Assembly (NCBI GenBank): GCA_965224245.1
Contig: OZ245046.1
Coordinates: 2,496,001 to 2,560,000, forward strand
From: Candidatus Eiseniibacteriota bacterium
GTDB lineage: Bacteria; Eisenbacteria; RBG-16-71-46; CAZAMP01
Reading direction: 5' to 3'
DNA length: 64,000 nucleotides
Shown: in pieces, positions 39,944 through 50,118 of the stretch
Numbering within the stretch: position 1 is the first letter of the stretch
Layout of the letters: each line of letters starts with the position of its first letter
Position numbers and translations under genes: made by a program
Notes under the pieces: model-generated
Told to the model about the DNA's origin: nothing
Database searches by the model: none
The model's input: only the letters and a program-made list of their open reading frames with translations

Positions 39944-39983
39944 AAAACGAAAGTGGGCGGCGCCCCGGAGGGACGCCGCCCGC
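39944..39983 (-). terminator. Intrinsic terminator after pilA
   Basis: gggcggcg/cgccgccc stem followed by TTTCGTTTT on the minus strand. Confidence 0.7.
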
Positions 39984-40014
39984 GACTTCGGTGGGGCTTC
40001 AGGCCCCGCGGAGA

Positions 40015-40431
40015 CTAGCCGTTCGAGAGCTCGATCACGACGCCGTCACCGGCCGGACCACTGGTCGCGTCGTAGCCGTAGGCCTCGATCGAGTACACGC
40101 CGGCGGCCATCGCATAGCCGAGGTTACCCTGCGAGTACGCGAGACCGGCGATCGTGATCGCCGCACCGGTGAACGGGTTGTCCGGCATCACGCCGCCCGG
40201 GAACATCGTGGCGTCGATGTCGGCGAGCGCCGGGTACGTGCCGGCGTTCGTCACCGCGAAGTCCTCGACCGCGAGCTGGAGCGCGTGGGCGTTGCCCTTG
40301 CAGCTACCTTCCTTGGCGCGGTTCTGCATCGAGATGTAGTTCGGGATCGCGATGGCGGCCAGGATGCCGATGATGACGACCACGATCATGAGCTCGATGA
40401 GGGAGAAACCCTTGGTGTTCTTCCGGATCAT
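40015..40431 (-). CDS. pilA: Type IVa major pilin
   Basis: MIRKNTKG|FSLIELMIVVVIIGILAAIAIPNY class III signal. GAGG RBS, own promoter and terminator. Confidence 0.93.
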   Translation of the reverse strand: MIRKNTKGFSLIELMIVVVIIGILAAIAIPNYISMQNRAKEGSCKGNAHALQLAVEDFAVTNAGTYPALADIDATMFPGGVMPDNPFTGAAITIAGLAYSQGNLGYAMAAGVYSIEAYGYDATSGPAGDGVVIELSNG

Positions 40432-40507
40432 TGCGAACCTCCTCTGGGGTGCCAATCCTGCGGGGGGGCGGCCCCACGCTCTCTCGATCCTCACGGACCC
40501 GTTCCTA

Positions 40508-40523
40508 CGCAACGCGTGTGCCA
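40508..40523 (-). promoter_or_regulatory. sigma54 promoter of pilA
   Basis: TGGCAC-ACGCG-TTGCG matches the -24/-12 consensus and lies directly downstream of pilR. Confidence 0.85.
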
Positions 40524-40671
40524 CCCGGACTCCCGACGACCGGCGAGCCGTAACGTGTTTCTCACAAACAACTTGAACCGAGACCGGCCCACCGCGGGCT
40601 CCGTTTCGATGCGGGCGTTTTGCACGCGTCGTTGGCGAATGCAATGCGCGAGGGGCGAGCGCCGGCGTCCA

Positions 40672-42042
40672 TCACGCCGCCTTGCGTCGCTCGAACTCGT
40701 CCCCGAGGGAGTAGCTCTGGAGCTTCCGGTAGAGGGTGGAGGCGTTGATCCCCAGGATCGCGGACGAGCGCTTCTTGTGCCAGTTCGTGTGCTCGAGCAC
40801 CTTGACGATGTAGGCCCGCTCCAGCTCCTCCAGCGTCATGTCGGGTGTGTCGATCACGAGGCTCGCGCGCTCACCCTCACCCGAGAGCACGCGCTCCGGC
40901 AGGTCGTCCACGTCGATCTGATCCGACTCCCCGAGAATGATCGCGCGCTCGATCACGTTCTCGAGCTCGCGGACGTTGCCCGGCCACGTGTACGCCATCA
41001 GGGCGTCCATGGCCTCCCGGGTGATGACCCGCTCGTGCCCGCCGCTGAGCTTCTTCAGGAAGTGGGACGTGAGGATCGGGATGTCGTCACGCCGCGCGCG
41101 GAGCGGCGGCAGCTTGATCGCGATCACGTTCAGACGGTAGTAGAGGTCCATGCGGAAGTTGCCCGCACGCACCTCTTCCTCCAGGTCGCGATTGGTCGCG
41201 GCGATGAGCCGCGTGTTCACCTTGACCGGCTGGGTGCCGCCCACCGGGATGACCTCGCGCTCCTGGATGGCCCGGAGCAGCTTCACCTGGGTGGCGGGCG
41301 TGGTGTCCCCGATCTCGTCCAGGAACAGCGAGCCGTTCTCGGCGGCCTGGAAGTGGCCCACCTGATCCTTGATCGCACCGGTGAACGAGCCCTTGATGTG
41401 CCCGAACAGTGTGCTCTCGAGGAGGTCCTTGGGGAGCGCACCGCAGTTGATGGCGAGAAACGGTCCGTTCGACCGCTGAGACTGATCGTGGATGTTCCGG
41501 GCGATCAGCTCCTTGCCGGTACCGCTCTCGCCGTTGATGAGCACGGTGGCCTCGGTGTCCGAGACCTTCTCCACCAGCCGGAGGACCTTCCGGATCTCGT
41601 CGCTCTTGCCCAGGATGTCGCGCGAGAGAGTGGTCTGCTTCAGCTGTCGCTTCAGGACCAGGTTTTGCGACTGGATTCGCCGCATCTGGACCGCGTTCTG
41701 GACGACGAGGCGAATCTCCTCGTTCTTCGCGTTCTTCTCGATGTACTGGAACGCGCCGCGGTTGAGCGCATCGATGGCCGAGCGCTGCGTTGCGTGGCCG
41801 GTCATGATGACGACCGGAATCGCCGGGTCGTGATCGCGGACGCCGTCGAGCACCTTGATCCCGTCGCCGTCCGGCATCTTGAGGTCGGTGATGACGACGT
41901 CGTACGTGTCTTCCCGGACCGCCTGCACGGCGTCGGTCGCGGTGTGAACCGCGTGGACGACGTACCCCTCACGCTCGAGCATCAGCGTGAGGAAGCGGGT
42001 CATGCTGGCGTCGTCGTCGGCCACGAGTATCTTGATCGCCAC
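40672..42042 (-). CDS. pilR: sigma54-dependent response regulator PilR
   Basis: Receiver domain, [22 protein letters not shown] and HTH; lies between pilS and pilA. Confidence 0.88.
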   Translation of the reverse strand: MAIKILVADDDASMTRFLTLMLEREGYVVHAVHTATDAVQAVREDTYDVVITDLKMPDGDGIKVLDGVRDHDPAIPVVIMTGHATQRSAIDALNRGAFQYIEKNAKNEEIRLVVQNAVQMRRIQSQNLVLKRQLKQTTLSRDILGKSDEIRKVLRLVEKVSDTEATVLINGESGTGKELIARNIHDQSQRSNGPFLAINCGALPKDLLESTLFGHIKGSFTGAIKDQVGHFQAAENGSLFLDEIGDTTPATQVKLLRAIQEREVIPVGGTQPVKVNTRLIAATNRDLEEEVRAGNFRMDLYYRLNVIAIKLPPLRARRDDIPILTSHFLKKLSGGHERVITREAMDALMAYTWPGNVRELENVIERAIILGESDQIDVDDLPERVLSGEGERASLVIDTPDMTLEELERAYIVKVLEHTNWHKKRSSAILGINASTLYRKLQSYSLGDEFERRKAA

Positions 42043-42088
42043 GCGAAACTCCTCGATGCAAACCCAGTCCGTCCGGACGGGCCCCGTG

Positions 42089-43276
42089 CTAGGCGGCCGC
42101 CCGTTCCGGGAGCGGATGTCGAGGCAACCGGATCTCGAACCGGGCGCCCCCACGCTGACCATCCCCCACCCTCACCTCACCTCCGTGGCGCTCGACGGTG
42201 CGTCGAACGACCGCCAGACCGAGGCCCGTTCCACCACCACGCGTGGTGTGGAAGGGCTCGAAGATCGCCTCGCGCCGTTCCTCCGAGACCCCGGGCCCCT
42301 CGTCCTCCACGCGAACCACCGCGTCGTCCCCGTCGTTGACTCCGTGCACGACGACCGTGCCCTGCGGTGCGGCCTGCACCGCGTTCAGGACCACGTTGAC
42401 GAACATCCGCCGCAGAGACGGCGCGTTCGCGTCGATCGGACCCAGAAGCGAGGTCGTGTCCACCTCGATGACGGCGTCCCCGGCGTCAGGGTGTCGCCTG
42501 ATCGTCTCCACGACGCCGTCCAGAAGATCCCCCAGGTCGATCGGCTCGAGTTCGATCGGGCGGCTGCTCGTGAAGTCGAGAAACTCCCCGAGAAAGCTCT
42601 CCATCGACTGGCACTCCTCACGGATGAGGCGCATCAGGGGCTCGTGTGAGTCCGCGGGGCCCAGATCCCCCTCCAAAAGCTCGACCGCACCACTGAGCGG
42701 CTTCATGATGTTGCGCAGCTCGTGGACCAGGACAGCCGAGAGCTGGCCCACCTGGACGAGTCGATCTCGAAGCGGGTCGGCCTCGGCCGTCCTCCGCCGG
42801 AACGACTCGCCCAGGTAGCTGGCGAGAATGGCCACCAGGAACAGGCACGCACTGGCCGTCGAGACGCGCACGAGCACGTCCGGCGCGATGCCGGAAGGCC
42901 GGATGTGCGGCACGGCGATGGTCAGCCACAGCGCCACGCTGCCGGCTCCGGCGGCCAGGAGCGCGGCGCGGAGCCGGAGATTTGCCCCGATCAGCACGAC
43001 CCCGACGTAGCCGAAGAGCATGAAGGGGCTCGCGTCGCCGCCGGTCCTGGACGTCATCAGAATCGGGATGACGATGTCCACTCCGCCCACCGCGATCGTC
43101 CGCGCGCCCGATCCCATCGGAACGAGCACCGGGACGACGCTGACGATCGCGAGCGCGACGGCCAGCCCGAGCCACACCGCCTGTGCCCCACCCCCGATCA
43201 CGATCAGGGCGGCCGACGACGCGACCAGCGACCCGCGCGCCAGGGCGTAGCGACGGAGCGCTCCGTCGGATACCAC
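42089..43276 (-). CDS. pilS: Membrane sensor histidine kinase PilS
   Basis: Multiple N-terminal TM helices, HELRN, NAVQA, DEGPG and GTGLGL. Start approximate. Confidence 0.8.
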   Translation of the reverse strand: MVSDGALRRYALARGSLVASSAALIVIGGGAQAVWLGLAVALAIVSVVPVLVPMGSGARTIAVGGVDIVIPILMTSRTGGDASPFMLFGYVGVVLIGANLRLRAALLAAGAGSVALWLTIAVPHIRPSGIAPDVLVRVSTASACLFLVAILASYLGESFRRRTAEADPLRDRLVQVGQLSAVLVHELRNIMKPLSGAVELLEGDLGPADSHEPLMRLIREECQSMESFLGEFLDFTSSRPIELEPIDLGDLLDGVVETIRRHPDAGDAVIEVDTTSLLGPIDANAPSLRRMFVNVVLNAVQAAPQGTVVVHGVNDGDDAVVRVEDEGPGVSEERREAIFEPFHTTRGGGTGLGLAVVRRTVERHGGEVRVGDGQRGGARFEIRLPRHPLPERAAA

Positions 43277-43332
43277 CTCGGACGTCCTCCGCTCCGGCCG
43301 GTGCCGGAGGCCCTCCGGCAAGTGCCGGAGGC

Positions 43333-44541
43333 CTAGTGCGCGACCGCCTGCGCCAGCTTGAACAGCGGCAGGTACATCGAGATGACCATGCCACCGACGA
43401 GCGTTCCCATGACGACGATCATGATCGGCTCGATCACCGACGTCAGGGTCTCCACGGCCGTGTTGACCTCGTCGTCGTAGAAGGCCGCGATCTTCTCGAG
43501 CATCTTGTCGAGCGCACCGGTCTCCTCGCCGACCGAGATCATCTGAACCACCATCGGGGGGAAGACCACGGAGTTTCGGAGCGGAGCGGCGATCGTCTCG
43601 CCTTCGCGGATGCTCCCACGCGTGCTCATGATCTCGAGCTCCACGACGCGATTCCCCGCGGTCCGCGAGGTGATCTCGAGCGCGGTCAGGATCGGGACGC
43701 CGCTCCCGATAAGCGTGCTCAGCGTACGTGAGAAGCGGGCGATCGACGCCTTCAGGATCACATTGCCGAAGACCGGGGACTTGATCGCGAACTTGTCCAG
43801 AGCGAAGCGCCCGGGCTCGGTCTGGTACCAGCGCCTGACCAGCATGACGATGGCCCCGATGGCGCCGGCCATGAGCCACCAGTACTTCTGAATGCCCTCG
43901 GACAGCATCATCACGATCTTCGTGGGCAGCGGCAGCTCGCTGCCGAACTGATCGAACACACTGGCGAACGAGGGGATGATGAACACGAGCATGAAGGTCG
44001 TGGTCAAGAGAGCGACCGCACCCACCACCATCGGGTACGTCATCGCGCCCTTGACCTTGCGCCGGAGCGACTCGGCCTTCTCGATGTACTCGGCCAGCCG
44101 GACCAGGATGATGTCGAGGATACCGCCGGTCTCTCCGGCGTCGACCATGTTCACGAACAGGTTGTCGAACGTGTCCGGGTGCTTGGACAGTGCCTCGGAG
44201 AGGGTCGCGCCGGACTCGACGTCGAACATCACCTGCTTCTGGATCTCCGTGAACCGCTCGCTCTCGCACTGCGACGCCAGGATGTCCATGCACTGAACGA
44301 GCGGGAGCCCGGCGTTCACCATCGTGGCGAACTGCCGGGTGAAGACGGCCAGGTCCTTCGTCGACACGCCCTTCTTCATCGGCAGCGCGAAGCGGACGTC
44401 CTTGGGCTTCTCGCGGATGAGCTGGATCTGGATGCGCTTCTTGCGCAGGTATCGGACGACCTCGTCCCGCGTGGGCAGGGTGAGCTCGCCGTCCTGGATG
44501 TCACCCCCGGGGGCGACGCCCTTCCAAACGAATGTCGGCAT
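43333..44541 (-). CDS. pilC: Type IV pilus platform protein PilC
   Basis: FTRQFATMVNAGLPL, AMTYP and VGEETGALDKML motifs. Confidence 0.95.
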   Translation of the reverse strand: MPTFVWKGVAPGGDIQDGELTLPTRDEVVRYLRKKRIQIQLIREKPKDVRFALPMKKGVSTKDLAVFTRQFATMVNAGLPLVQCMDILASQCESERFTEIQKQVMFDVESGATLSEALSKHPDTFDNLFVNMVDAGETGGILDIILVRLAEYIEKAESLRRKVKGAMTYPMVVGAVALLTTTFMLVFIIPSFASVFDQFGSELPLPTKIVMMLSEGIQKYWWLMAGAIGAIVMLVRRWYQTEPGRFALDKFAIKSPVFGNVILKASIARFSRTLSTLIGSGVPILTALEITSRTAGNRVVELEIMSTRGSIREGETIAAPLRNSVVFPPMVVQMISVGEETGALDKMLEKIAAFYDDEVNTAVETLTSVIEPIMIVVMGTLVGGMVISMYLPLFKLAQAVAH

Positions 44542-44550
44542 GATCGCCTC

Positions 44551-45660
44551 CTACGACGCGCGTCGGCGCGCAGCCGGCATGGGTTCGACGCCACCGGAGC
44601 GCGCGAGCATGTCCTCGAGCTCCTTCCGGTCGGAGCTCTGCTCGAACGCCAGGTTCATGTCGATCTTGCCCTGCACGACCTCGGCGAAGAGCGCCTGGTT
44701 CATGGTCTGCATGCCGTGCTTCTGACCCGCCTGCATGAAGCCGTAGATCTGGTGGCTCTTGCCTTCGCGGATCACGGCCCGAACCGCCTGCGTACAGATC
44801 AGCACCTCGGCGCACAGCGCGCGCCCGTGCCCGCGACGGACGGGCATCAGCTTCTGTGTCACCACGCCTCGAAGCACGAACGCGAGCTGGGTCAGAATCA
44901 TCTCCTGCTGGTCGGACGGGAACACGTCGACGATGCGGTTGATGGACTCCATCGCGGTGTTGGTGTGCAGCGTCGCGAACACCAGGTGACCGGTCTCCGC
45001 GATGGTCAGCGCCGACTGCATCGTCTCCAGATCGCGCATCTCGCCCACCAGAATCACGTCGGGATCCTGCCGGAGGACGTACTTCAGCGACGCCGGAAAG
45101 CTCTCGGTGTCGGACCCCACCTCACGCTGGTTGACGATCGCCTTCTTGTGCTGGTGCACGTACTCGATCGGGTCCTCGATGGTCATGATGTGGCAGGCGC
45201 GCTCGCTGTTGATCTTGTCGATCAGGGCGGCCAGCGTCGTGGACTTCCCGCTTCCGGTGGGGCCGGTGATCAGAACCAGCCCGTTGGGGAGGTGCGCGAG
45301 GTCCTTGACCGAGCTCGGGAGCGCCAGGGAGTCGAGCGCCGGAATCTGGTACGGGATCATGCGGATCGCGCTGCAGGTGACGCCGCGCTGCACGAAGACG
45401 TTGGCACGGAACCGGGCGAGGCCGCGGATGCCGAACGAGAAGTCCAGCTCGCGGTGCAGTTCGAACCGCTTCTTCTGATCGTCCCGCATGACGCTGTAGA
45501 TCAGGCGCTCGGTCTCCTCGGGGGTCAGCACCTGCTCCGTGTCCGCTCCGTGAAGCGTCCCGTCGATTCGCAGCTGCGGCGGCACACCGGCGGTCAGGTG
45601 CAGGTCGCTCGCTCCGCACTCGATCATGGACTTCAGAAGATCATGCAGCTTCAGCGACAT
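44551..45660 (-). CDS. pilT: Pilus retraction ATPase PilT
   Basis: ASDLHL, GPTGSGKSTT, LRQDPD, AETGHLVFATLH and AVRAVIRE (AIRNLIRE-like) motifs. Confidence 0.96.
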   Translation of the reverse strand: MSLKLHDLLKSMIECGASDLHLTAGVPPQLRIDGTLHGADTEQVLTPEETERLIYSVMRDDQKKRFELHRELDFSFGIRGLARFRANVFVQRGVTCSAIRMIPYQIPALDSLALPSSVKDLAHLPNGLVLITGPTGSGKSTTLAALIDKINSERACHIMTIEDPIEYVHQHKKAIVNQREVGSDTESFPASLKYVLRQDPDVILVGEMRDLETMQSALTIAETGHLVFATLHTNTAMESINRIVDVFPSDQQEMILTQLAFVLRGVVTQKLMPVRRGHGRALCAEVLICTQAVRAVIREGKSHQIYGFMQAGQKHGMQTMNQALFAEVVQGKIDMNLAFEQSSDRKELEDMLARSGGVEPMPAARRRAS

Positions 45661-47368
45661 CCGGCGATCCTCCCAGGACCTCGTCCTTCATCGTCTCCTT
45701 GAGCACTTCCTCGGCGGTGGTCAGGCCCTGGCACATCTTGATGATGCCGTCACGACGCAGGGTGATCATGCCGTCGGAGATGGCCTGGCGCTTCAGCTCG
45801 GTCGCGTTCGCGCGCTGCAGAATCAGCTCACGAAGCCCCGGGGTGATTCGCATGACCTCGTAGACTCCCATCCGTCCCTTGTATCCGGTGTTCGAGCACT
45901 CGAAGCAGCCACGACCCTTCTGGATCGTGGCGTTCGCGAGGTCCTCGGACGTCGCCCCCAGGGACTCGATCACGGCCTGGGCCAGCTCGGTGGCCTCGGT
46001 GCACTTGGGGCAGATGCGCCGCACGAGCCGCTGGGCGAGAATGAGGTTCACGGCGCTTCCGACCAGGAACGGCTCGAGTCCCATGTCCACGAGGCGGTTC
46101 AGCGTGCTCGGTGCGTCGTTGGTGTGGATGGTCGAGAGGACGAGATGGCCCGTCAGCGCCGCCTTCACGGCGATCGATCCGGTGTCGATGTCTCGGATCT
46201 CACCGACCATGATGATGTTCGGATCCTGGCGCAGGAACGACCTCAGGGCGGCCGCAAACGAGAGTCCGACCTCCTCGTTGACGTTGACCTGGTTGATTCC
46301 ATCGAGGTTGTACTCGACCGGGTCCTCGGCGGTCATGATGTTCGTGTCGGGACGGTTGATCCGGCTCAGTGCCGAGTACAGCGTGGTCGTCTTGCCGCTT
46401 CCGGTGGGTCCGGTGACCAGGCAGATGCCGAACGGCTTCTCGATGGACTCCTCGAAGTCCTTCATGGCCGAGGGCTGGAAGCCGAGCTTGCGTAGATCCA
46501 GCGAGAGGTTCGACTTGTCCAGGATTCGCATCACGATCTTCTCACCGAAGATCACCGGACAGGTCGAGACACGCAGGTCGATCGTACGGCCGAGGAGGCG
46601 AATCTTGATGCGCCCGTCCTGCGGGCGCCGCCGCTCGGCGATGTCCAGATCGGCCATGATCTTCAGGCGCGAGATGATCGGCTGACGGAGCCGGTACGGC
46701 GGGGACATCATCTCGTATAGCTTGCCGTCGATGCGGAACCGTACGCGCAGCGTCTTCTCGTACGGCTCGATGTGGATGTCGCTGGCCCCACGCTTGACCG
46801 CGTCGGCCAGGAGCGTGTTCACGAACTTGACGACGGGGGCTTCCTCGGTCCCCGACGTGAGCCCCGCGATGTCGGTGTCGTCTTCCTCTTCCTCGACGAT
46901 CTCGAGGTCGTCCTCGATGCCCTGGATCACGTCCCGGAGCGAGTCGGCGTTGTCGTAGTACTTGTCGATCGCCTTCTTGATCGCGGTCTCGCTGGCGATG
47001 ACGGCCGTGACCTCACATCCGGTGATGAACTTGATGTCGTCGAGAACGAAGATGTCGGATGGGTTCGCGGTCGCGATGGTCAGGCGGCGTCCAGACCGTC
47101 CGACGGGCAGGATCTGGAACCGGCTGGCGACGTCCGCGGGCACGAGAGCGGTCAGGTCGCCGTTGACTTCGACGGACGAGAGATCGACGCTGGGGACGTT
47201 GTAGAACTCGGAGAGGAACGACGTGTAGTCGGGGTCGGAGATGGCACCGAGGGTCACCAGGTGGCTGCCCACGGTGCCCTGTCCGCTCTGCGCCAGCTTC
47301 TCGGCCTGCTCGAGCGCGTCCGCCTCGACCAGCCCCCTCTCCACCAAGAGTCTTCCGATCTTCTCCAC
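45641..47368 (-). CDS. pilB: Pilus extension ATPase PilB
   Basis: ASDIHIEP, PQDGRI, GPTGSGKTTT, LRQDP, CxxC..CxxC and GYKGR motifs. Confidence 0.96.
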   Translation of the reverse strand: MEKIGRLLVERGLVEADALEQAEKLAQSGQGTVGSHLVTLGAISDPDYTSFLSEFYNVPSVDLSSVEVNGDLTALVPADVASRFQILPVGRSGRRLTIATANPSDIFVLDDIKFITGCEVTAVIASETAIKKAIDKYYDNADSLRDVIQGIEDDLEIVEEEEDDTDIAGLTSGTEEAPVVKFVNTLLADAVKRGASDIHIEPYEKTLRVRFRIDGKLYEMMSPPYRLRQPIISRLKIMADLDIAERRRPQDGRIKIRLLGRTIDLRVSTCPVIFGEKIVMRILDKSNLSLDLRKLGFQPSAMKDFEESIEKPFGICLVTGPTGSGKTTTLYSALSRINRPDTNIMTAEDPVEYNLDGINQVNVNEEVGLSFAAALRSFLRQDPNIIMVGEIRDIDTGSIAVKAALTGHLVLSTIHTNDAPSTLNRLVDMGLEPFLVGSAVNLILAQRLVRRICPKCTEATELAQAVIESLGATSEDLANATIQKGRGCFECSNTGYKGRMGVYEVMRITPGLRELILQRANATELKRQAISDGMITLRRDGIIKMCQGLTTAEEVLKETMKDEVLGGSPDVAEAA

Positions 47369-47605
47369 GGTTTCTCCGCTGGCCAGCGTTCTCGCATCGA
47401 GCCGCGCCGTGAGCGCGCGGAATCAAAGGGGCGGCCGGACGCATCGGATGACGCGTCGGTCCATGCATTTGTCGGTGGCGGCTGACCTTCGGTTGACACC
47501 AGGGACCCACGGCGTCTGAAAACGACCATCGTCGCCGGGCGCACCCGGTCCCGGCACGCGTCCTGGATCGTGCCAGCCCGGCACCCGAGGACCGGGGACG
47601 GCTCC

Positions 47606-48019
47606 TCATCGCGCGTCCGGTGGCCGGGGTCGCACGACGACGAACGGGGCCAGCCGTTGGAGGGTCTTGGGACCGATGCCCTTCACCGCGGTCACGGCCT
47701 CGATCGTGTCGAACGCGCCGAGGCGTTCGCGGGTCCTGACGATTCGATCGGCCAGGGCCGGCCCGATTCCCGGCAGCAGGACGAGGTGGTCGGGACCGGC
47801 CCGGTTGAGATCGAGCTTCCCGTTCACGAACAGCGAATCCAGGGCCTCGGCCGTTCCGAACGGGGGCTCGACGGCCGCCTCGACCGCCGGCCCGGGTGCG
47901 TTCCGGCGCTGCGGGATCCACTCGGGACGGTGGGCGGCGATCAGCCGGACCGCCGAGCCGACCGACACGATCGCGGCGATGATCGCGAGGAGGGCGCGCT
48001 CACGGACGTTGAGGGTCAC
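47606..48019 (-). CDS. comEA: ComEA-family helix-hairpin-helix DNA-binding protein
   Basis: N-terminal TM, LDLNRA...LPGIGPALADRIV and VKGIGPKT motifs. Confidence 0.88.
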   Translation of the reverse strand: MTLNVRERALLAIIAAIVSVGSAVRLIAAHRPEWIPQRRNAPGPAVEAAVEPPFGTAEALDSLFVNGKLDLNRAGPDHLVLLPGIGPALADRIVRTRERLGAFDTIEAVTAVKGIGPKTLQRLAPFVVVRPRPPDAR

Positions 48020-48099
48020 GGGCAGGCGTCTCCGTCGTGGGGCTCGACGAGGTCGTCGAGCCGTGTCGAGGAGAAGACCGGCGACGCGGGTGATCGGGG

Positions 48100-50118
48100 C
48101 TAGTCGAGCAGGATCCAGGAGAGTCCGAACAGGATGTTCTGTCCGGTCAGGGGCGCGAAGCCCAGCTCCGGCTCGTACGCGCTCGTCGCGACCGACTCCC
48201 TGAGGATGTTCTCCGAGCGGTAGAAGAGCACGATGTCGGCCACGCGAGCGGTGATCCGTGCCGTCAGGTCCCGGTCCGGATCGATCCGTCCGAGCGGGGT
48301 CCGGATCTCGTCCCAGATCGTCAGCTCGAGCTCGCCCTCCAGCCGGAGGTGACCGCCGAACAGATCCTCGCGAAGGCGCGCGTGGGTCTTGGCGTGCGCG
48401 CCGGGCTCGAACTGCAACCCCGAGACGTCGTCCCCTCCGGACCACACGCCCGACCCGCCGAGCTCGAGTCGGCCGAGCGCTCCCAGCCCGACGTCGACCG
48501 AGAGCCGGCCCCAGGCCGCCACGCGTGAGAGATCCACCACGACCAGGGTATCGGGCTCGGACACCGTCAGCCCGCCGTCGAGCGGAGACGGCATCGCCGC
48601 CACCACGCGCTCGCCGTCGTCCGCGCTCACTCCCGCGTCCAGACGAAACGCGCCCGAGCGGTGTTGAAGCCCGATGGCCGCCGACATCCCGGTGGGGAGC
48701 GGCGGGGCCTGTCCCCGGGGGAGGTCGAGCCCCTGAAACGTCTGCGTGTAGAAGTCGTTGATGCGGTGGAAGTACGCCGGGCGGTAGACCGTGCGTGCCC
48801 CGTGTGCCCACGCGCGGGTGCCCGGCCCCGGCGCGTAGGACAGGGTCGCGCCCGCGGCGACGACGTTCTCGTGGGTCTCGATCCGATCGCCGCGGGCCGA
48901 CGCGTCGAGGGTGATGCGCCCGATGCGCCGGCGAAGCCGGACGAGCGCGTGACCGGTGGTCTCGCGCCGGTCGTCCACCGTGGTCTCGAGATCGCGTCGC
49001 CAGTGGCGATCGCGCGACGCACCGACGAGGAGACCGACCTCGGTCTCCGGCGCCCGGTAGCGCACGAGCGCGTCCCCTCCCCATCGCCAGAAGCGACGCT
49101 TGGTGTATCCGTCGATGCCGTCCCCGCGCAACGCGTACACCTGGCGGATGCCTCGTATCGAGGCCGCCCAGCGTGCGCCGAGTCGCCGCTCGATCGCCAG
49201 CGTCTCCTCGTGGCCGTCGTCCCCGCGCTTTCGGAACACCTCGAACCCGTGGATGCGCTCGTCGCGCCGCCGCGCGCCGAACAGGATCCGCGTGTCGCGG
49301 CCGATCCAGTCGAGATGCCCTTGGTAGCGCTCGGCCCGATGCCCATCGAAGAGCGACCACGAGCGTGCCTTGGCTCCGCCGTAGTCGACGAAGATCCCGA
49401 GGCGGTCGATGCGCTGGCCGCTGGTGATGCTGCCGCCGGCCTGTCCGAAGATCCCCGAGTAGTTCGTCACCTCGGTGAACGGCCGATCCGGAGCCTGGAC
49501 CACCGGGACGAAGCCGACGGCGCCGCCCGCCGCACCGGGTCCATAGAGATGTGACGCCGACACGCTCATCACCGACACCCCGGCGAGCGAGCTCTTGGTG
49601 ATCGTGTTGGGATTCTCGACCGGCGCCACGCCGGTGTCGAGCGCCCGACCGTCGTAGGTGTACCGCGTGCCGTCGGGCCCCTCGTGGCGAAACGACATCG
49701 CGCTCACGACCCCCGGATAGCCCGGTGGCGCGATGAACGCGCCGGGGGCATCGTCGAGCAGCTCCCACCACTCGAACGGCCCGGCCAGGCGCAGATCGAC
49801 GCGATCGTAGACCACCGATGGCCCCTCCGGAGGCAAGAGGAACGCATCGATCATCGAGATCGAGACGAGGTCGCCGCGCCGCGCTCCGGGGAACGGCACG
49901 AGAAACGGCCTCGACGACGGCGCGGTGGGCTCGAACGTGGGCGGCACGAGCAACGTGTCGGGAACGGCGGCCGCGGAGTCGGGCGGGGCGTCGGCCGGGG
50001 GCGCGTCCTCGGCCGGCGCCGCGTACGCGAGCGGCCGCAACGGCGCGAGTCCGGACGACATGCCCGCGAGAACGACCACGATCGCGCCTGTCACGAGTCG
50101 GCGCCGAGGGTTCGTCAT
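48100..50118 (-). CDS. Outer-membrane beta-barrel with a degenerate plug-like N-terminal region
   Basis: Signal peptide, SHLYGPGAAGGAV (plug-end-like), alternating beta strands, ending FGLSWILLD. Confidence 0.65.
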   Translation of the reverse strand: MTNPRRRLVTGAIVVVLAGMSSGLAPLRPLAYAAPAEDAPPADAPPDSAAAVPDTLLVPPTFEPTAPSSRPFLVPFPGARRGDLVSISMIDAFLLPPEGPSVVYDRVDLRLAGPFEWWELLDDAPGAFIAPPGYPGVVSAMSFRHEGPDGTRYTYDGRALDTGVAPVENPNTITKSSLAGVSVMSVSASHLYGPGAAGGAVGFVPVVQAPDRPFTEVTNYSGIFGQAGGSITSGQRIDRLGIFVDYGGAKARSWSLFDGHRAERYQGHLDWIGRDTRILFGARRRDERIHGFEVFRKRGDDGHEETLAIERRLGARWAASIRGIRQVYALRGDGIDGYTKRRFWRWGGDALVRYRAPETEVGLLVGASRDRHWRRDLETTVDDRRETTGHALVRLRRRIGRITLDASARGDRIETHENVVAAGATLSYAPGPGTRAWAHGARTVYRPAYFHRINDFYTQTFQGLDLPRGQAPPLPTGMSAAIGLQHRSGAFRLDAGVSADDGERVVAAMPSPLDGGLTVSEPDTLVVVDLSRVAAWGRLSVDVGLGALGRLELGGSGVWSGGDDVSGLQFEPGAHAKTHARLREDLFGGHLRLEGELELTIWDEIRTPLGRIDPDRDLTARITARVADIVLFYRSENILRESVATSAYEPELGFAPLTGQNILFGLSWILLD

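Noticed and set aside
40015-40407. Pilin as an electrically conductive e-pilin
   Set aside because: It has 11 F/Y in 130 residues and lacks aromatics at positions 27 and 32. It is not truncated, no cytochrome genes are nearby, and the criterion itself is disputed.
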